This document shows, one piece after another, positions 26,338-27,681 of a stretch of DNA of 27,681 nt. The translations under genes and the position numbers were made by a program. This DNA is from Candidatus Heimdallarchaeota archaeon (GTDB lineage: Archaea; Asgardarchaeota; Heimdallarchaeia; Hodarchaeales; Hodarchaeaceae), in NCBI GenBank assembly GCA_020351745.1, contig CP070665.1:1180129-1207809 (forward strand), read 5' to 3'. Each line of letters starts with the position of its first letter. Position 1 is the stretch's first letter. Under the pieces are notes generated by a model. That model did not search any database. It was not told the origin of the DNA and worked only from the letters and a program-made list of their open reading frames with translations.

Positions 26338-27681
26338 TTGGCAAAAGAAGTCGTATTAAAGGTTGCAGAGGCCAGACAACGTGATGTAGGACGGGGCAAA
26401 ATCCGTATGGATGATATCAACATGCGTGAAATTGGTATCACGACTGGTGACGTTGTTGAGATTCGAGGAAGACAGAAAACAGGAGCTATTGCTTGGCCTG
26501 CTTACATTGAAGATCAAGGGGCTGGTATAGTACGAATGGACGGAATTATTCGTAGGAATGCAAAAGTATCATTAGAAGAGAATGTTCGTATTCGAAAAGC
26601 CCAGATAAAAGTTGCTAAAACCGTCAATATTGCACCAACTCGCCAAATTTCCCTCGATTATGGCTTTGAGGCTTTTGTCAAGCGAAAGTTACTGGGATAT
26701 CCTGTTTCCAAGAATGACACTGTTCTCATCCCAATTCTAGGTAGGTCAATACCATTTGTTGTAAATTCAACAACGCCAACAGATATTGTACTAATCACCG
26801 ATACTACAAAGCTTAATGTCTCAGAAAAACCAGTCTCAGAAACAGAAACTGGAATGCCAGGGGTTAGTTATGAAGATATTGGTGGTTTATCAGATGCAAT
26901 TCAGCGAATTCGTGAAATGGTTGAGCTACCGTTGAAACATCCTGAACTCTTTAAAAAATTAGGAATTGATCCACCTAAAGGAGTTTTGCTACACGGACCA
27001 CCTGGAACTGGCAAAACACTCATTGCTAAAGCAGTTGCTAATGAATCAGAGGCCCATTTTATTCCAATTCAAGGGCCTGAAATCATGTCCAAGTTCTATG
27101 GTGAATCGGAAGCAAGACTGCGCGAAATATTCAAAGAAGCGGAAGATAATGCTCCAAGTATAATATTTATTGATGAAATCGATGCTATCGCTCCTAAACG
27201 AGAGGAAGTCACTGGTGAAGTCGAACGTCGAGTTGTTGCACAAATTTTAGCCTTGATGGATGGATTGGAAAGCCGAGGAGAGACAATTGTCATTGGAGCG
27301 ACCAATCGACCCAATGCGGTTGATCCTGCATTGCGTCGTCCTGGTCGTTTTGATCGTGAAATTGAAATCGGAGTTCCAGACATGAATGAACGCTTAGAAA
27401 TCCTTCAGATTCACACTCGAAGAATGCCAGGAATAGAAGCTGTTGATACAGAGAAACTTGCATTTATAACACATGGGTTTGTTGGTGCTGATCTTGCAGC
27501 TTTAGGTCGTGAAGCTGCGATGAAAAAGCTGCGCGAAATCCTACCTGAAATCAATCTAAGCGAGGATACAATCCCGCCAGCAGTACTTGATAATTTAAAA
27601 GTAGAGGATCGACATTTTGAGGATGCCTTAAAGGAGATTCATCCCTCTGCGATTAGAGAGGTATTTATTGAGGTACCAAAC
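26338..27681 (+). CDS. cdc48: Cdc48/VCP/p97-type AAA+ ATPase (3' partial, runs off the window)
   Basis: This ORF is absent from the ORF track because it has no ATG and no stop in the window. The frame opens after TAG at 26290. It translates as (M)[25 protein letters not shown]..., the Cdc48 N-domain. The D1 domain has [22 protein letters not shown] (Walker A), [12 protein letters not shown] (Walker B), [25 protein letters not shown] and [11 protein letters not shown]. Candidate starts are TTG 26338 and TTG 26329. Confidence 0.9.
   Translation, partial: MAKEVVLKVAEARQRDVGRGKIRMDDINMREIGITTGDVVEIRGRQKTGAIAWPAYIEDQGAGIVRMDGIIRRNAKVSLEENVRIRKAQIKVAKTVNIAPTRQISLDYGFEAFVKRKLLGYPVSKNDTVLIPILGRSIPFVVNSTTPTDIVLITDTTKLNVSEKPVSETETGMPGVSYEDIGGLSDAIQRIREMVELPLKHPELFKKLGIDPPKGVLLHGPPGTGKTLIAKAVANESEAHFIPIQGPEIMSKFYGESEARLREIFKEAEDNAPSIIFIDEIDAIAPKREEVTGEVERRVVAQILALMDGLESRGETIVIGATNRPNAVDPALRRPGRFDREIEIGVPDMNERLEILQIHTRRMPGIEAVDTEKLAFITHGFVGADLAALGREAAMKKLREILPEINLSEDTIPPAVLDNLKVEDRHFEDALKEIHPSAIREVFIEVPN

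Noticed and set aside
850-27383. Short ORFs from the six-frame track that lie antisense to or overlap long conserved CDS. They are 850-1134, 1380-1682, 4620-5180, 5770-6126, 7477-7677, 8720-8980, 9783-9965, 10840-11097, 12302-12490, 12454-12669, 13604-13855, 14687-14926, 22099-22425, 23885-24100, 23935-24165, 24469-24702, 25383-25613, 25603-25878, 26966-27163, 27046-27243 and 27096-27383.
   Set aside because: All are shadow frames of genes with clear family motifs. Their translations are low-complexity or Ser/Ile/Phe-rich with no recognisable domains, and the last three lie inside the Cdc48 gene.
1-27681. CRISPR arrays, transposases, integrases, toxin-antitoxin pairs or known defence-system genes.
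   Set aside because: None were found. There are no spaced direct-repeat arrays, and no ORF carries the corresponding motifs.

Overview
Low-GC (about 35% by eye) archaeal chromosomal segment, densely coded on both strands. Archaeal markers include aEF-1beta with its usual Zn-ribbon neighbour, a Cdc48/VCP AAA ATPase, a class-III-signal pilin-like protein, a PGF-CTERM surface protein, MptE, TATA-type promoters and T-run terminators. The lineage cannot be fixed from this window. Most genes are housekeeping: AmmeMemoRadiSam radical SAM enzyme, JAMM/MPN protease, beta-CASP RNase, NfeD-like membrane protein, tRNA-Val(CAC), thioredoxin reductase, a small pterin module (MptE plus a PTPS-like enzyme), HIT protein and Roadblock/LC7. 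No CRISPR array, integrase, transposase or recognisable defence gene was seen. The most unusual signal is the GC-rich island at 9127-9301. On the minus strand it reads as a 5S rRNA whose two halves are in swapped (circularly permuted) order. The normal 5'/3' ends are closed by a 5-nt loop. The new ends lie in a flanking helix with a bulge-helix-bulge-like motif, and cleavage plus ligation there would restore the canonical loop-C sequence as a 120-nt RNA. Other points worth a second look: (1) an orphan, structurally intact tRNA 3' half with its own TATA box, next to tRNA-Val; (2) a HerA-type ATPase and a convergent 882-aa polytopic membrane protein that share a C-terminal longin/roadblock-like domain; (3) a minus-strand cluster encoding a membrane-anchored double-wHTH protein and two paralogous surface proteins; (4) a MutS-like ATPase paired with an SNM1/PSO2-type nuclease.
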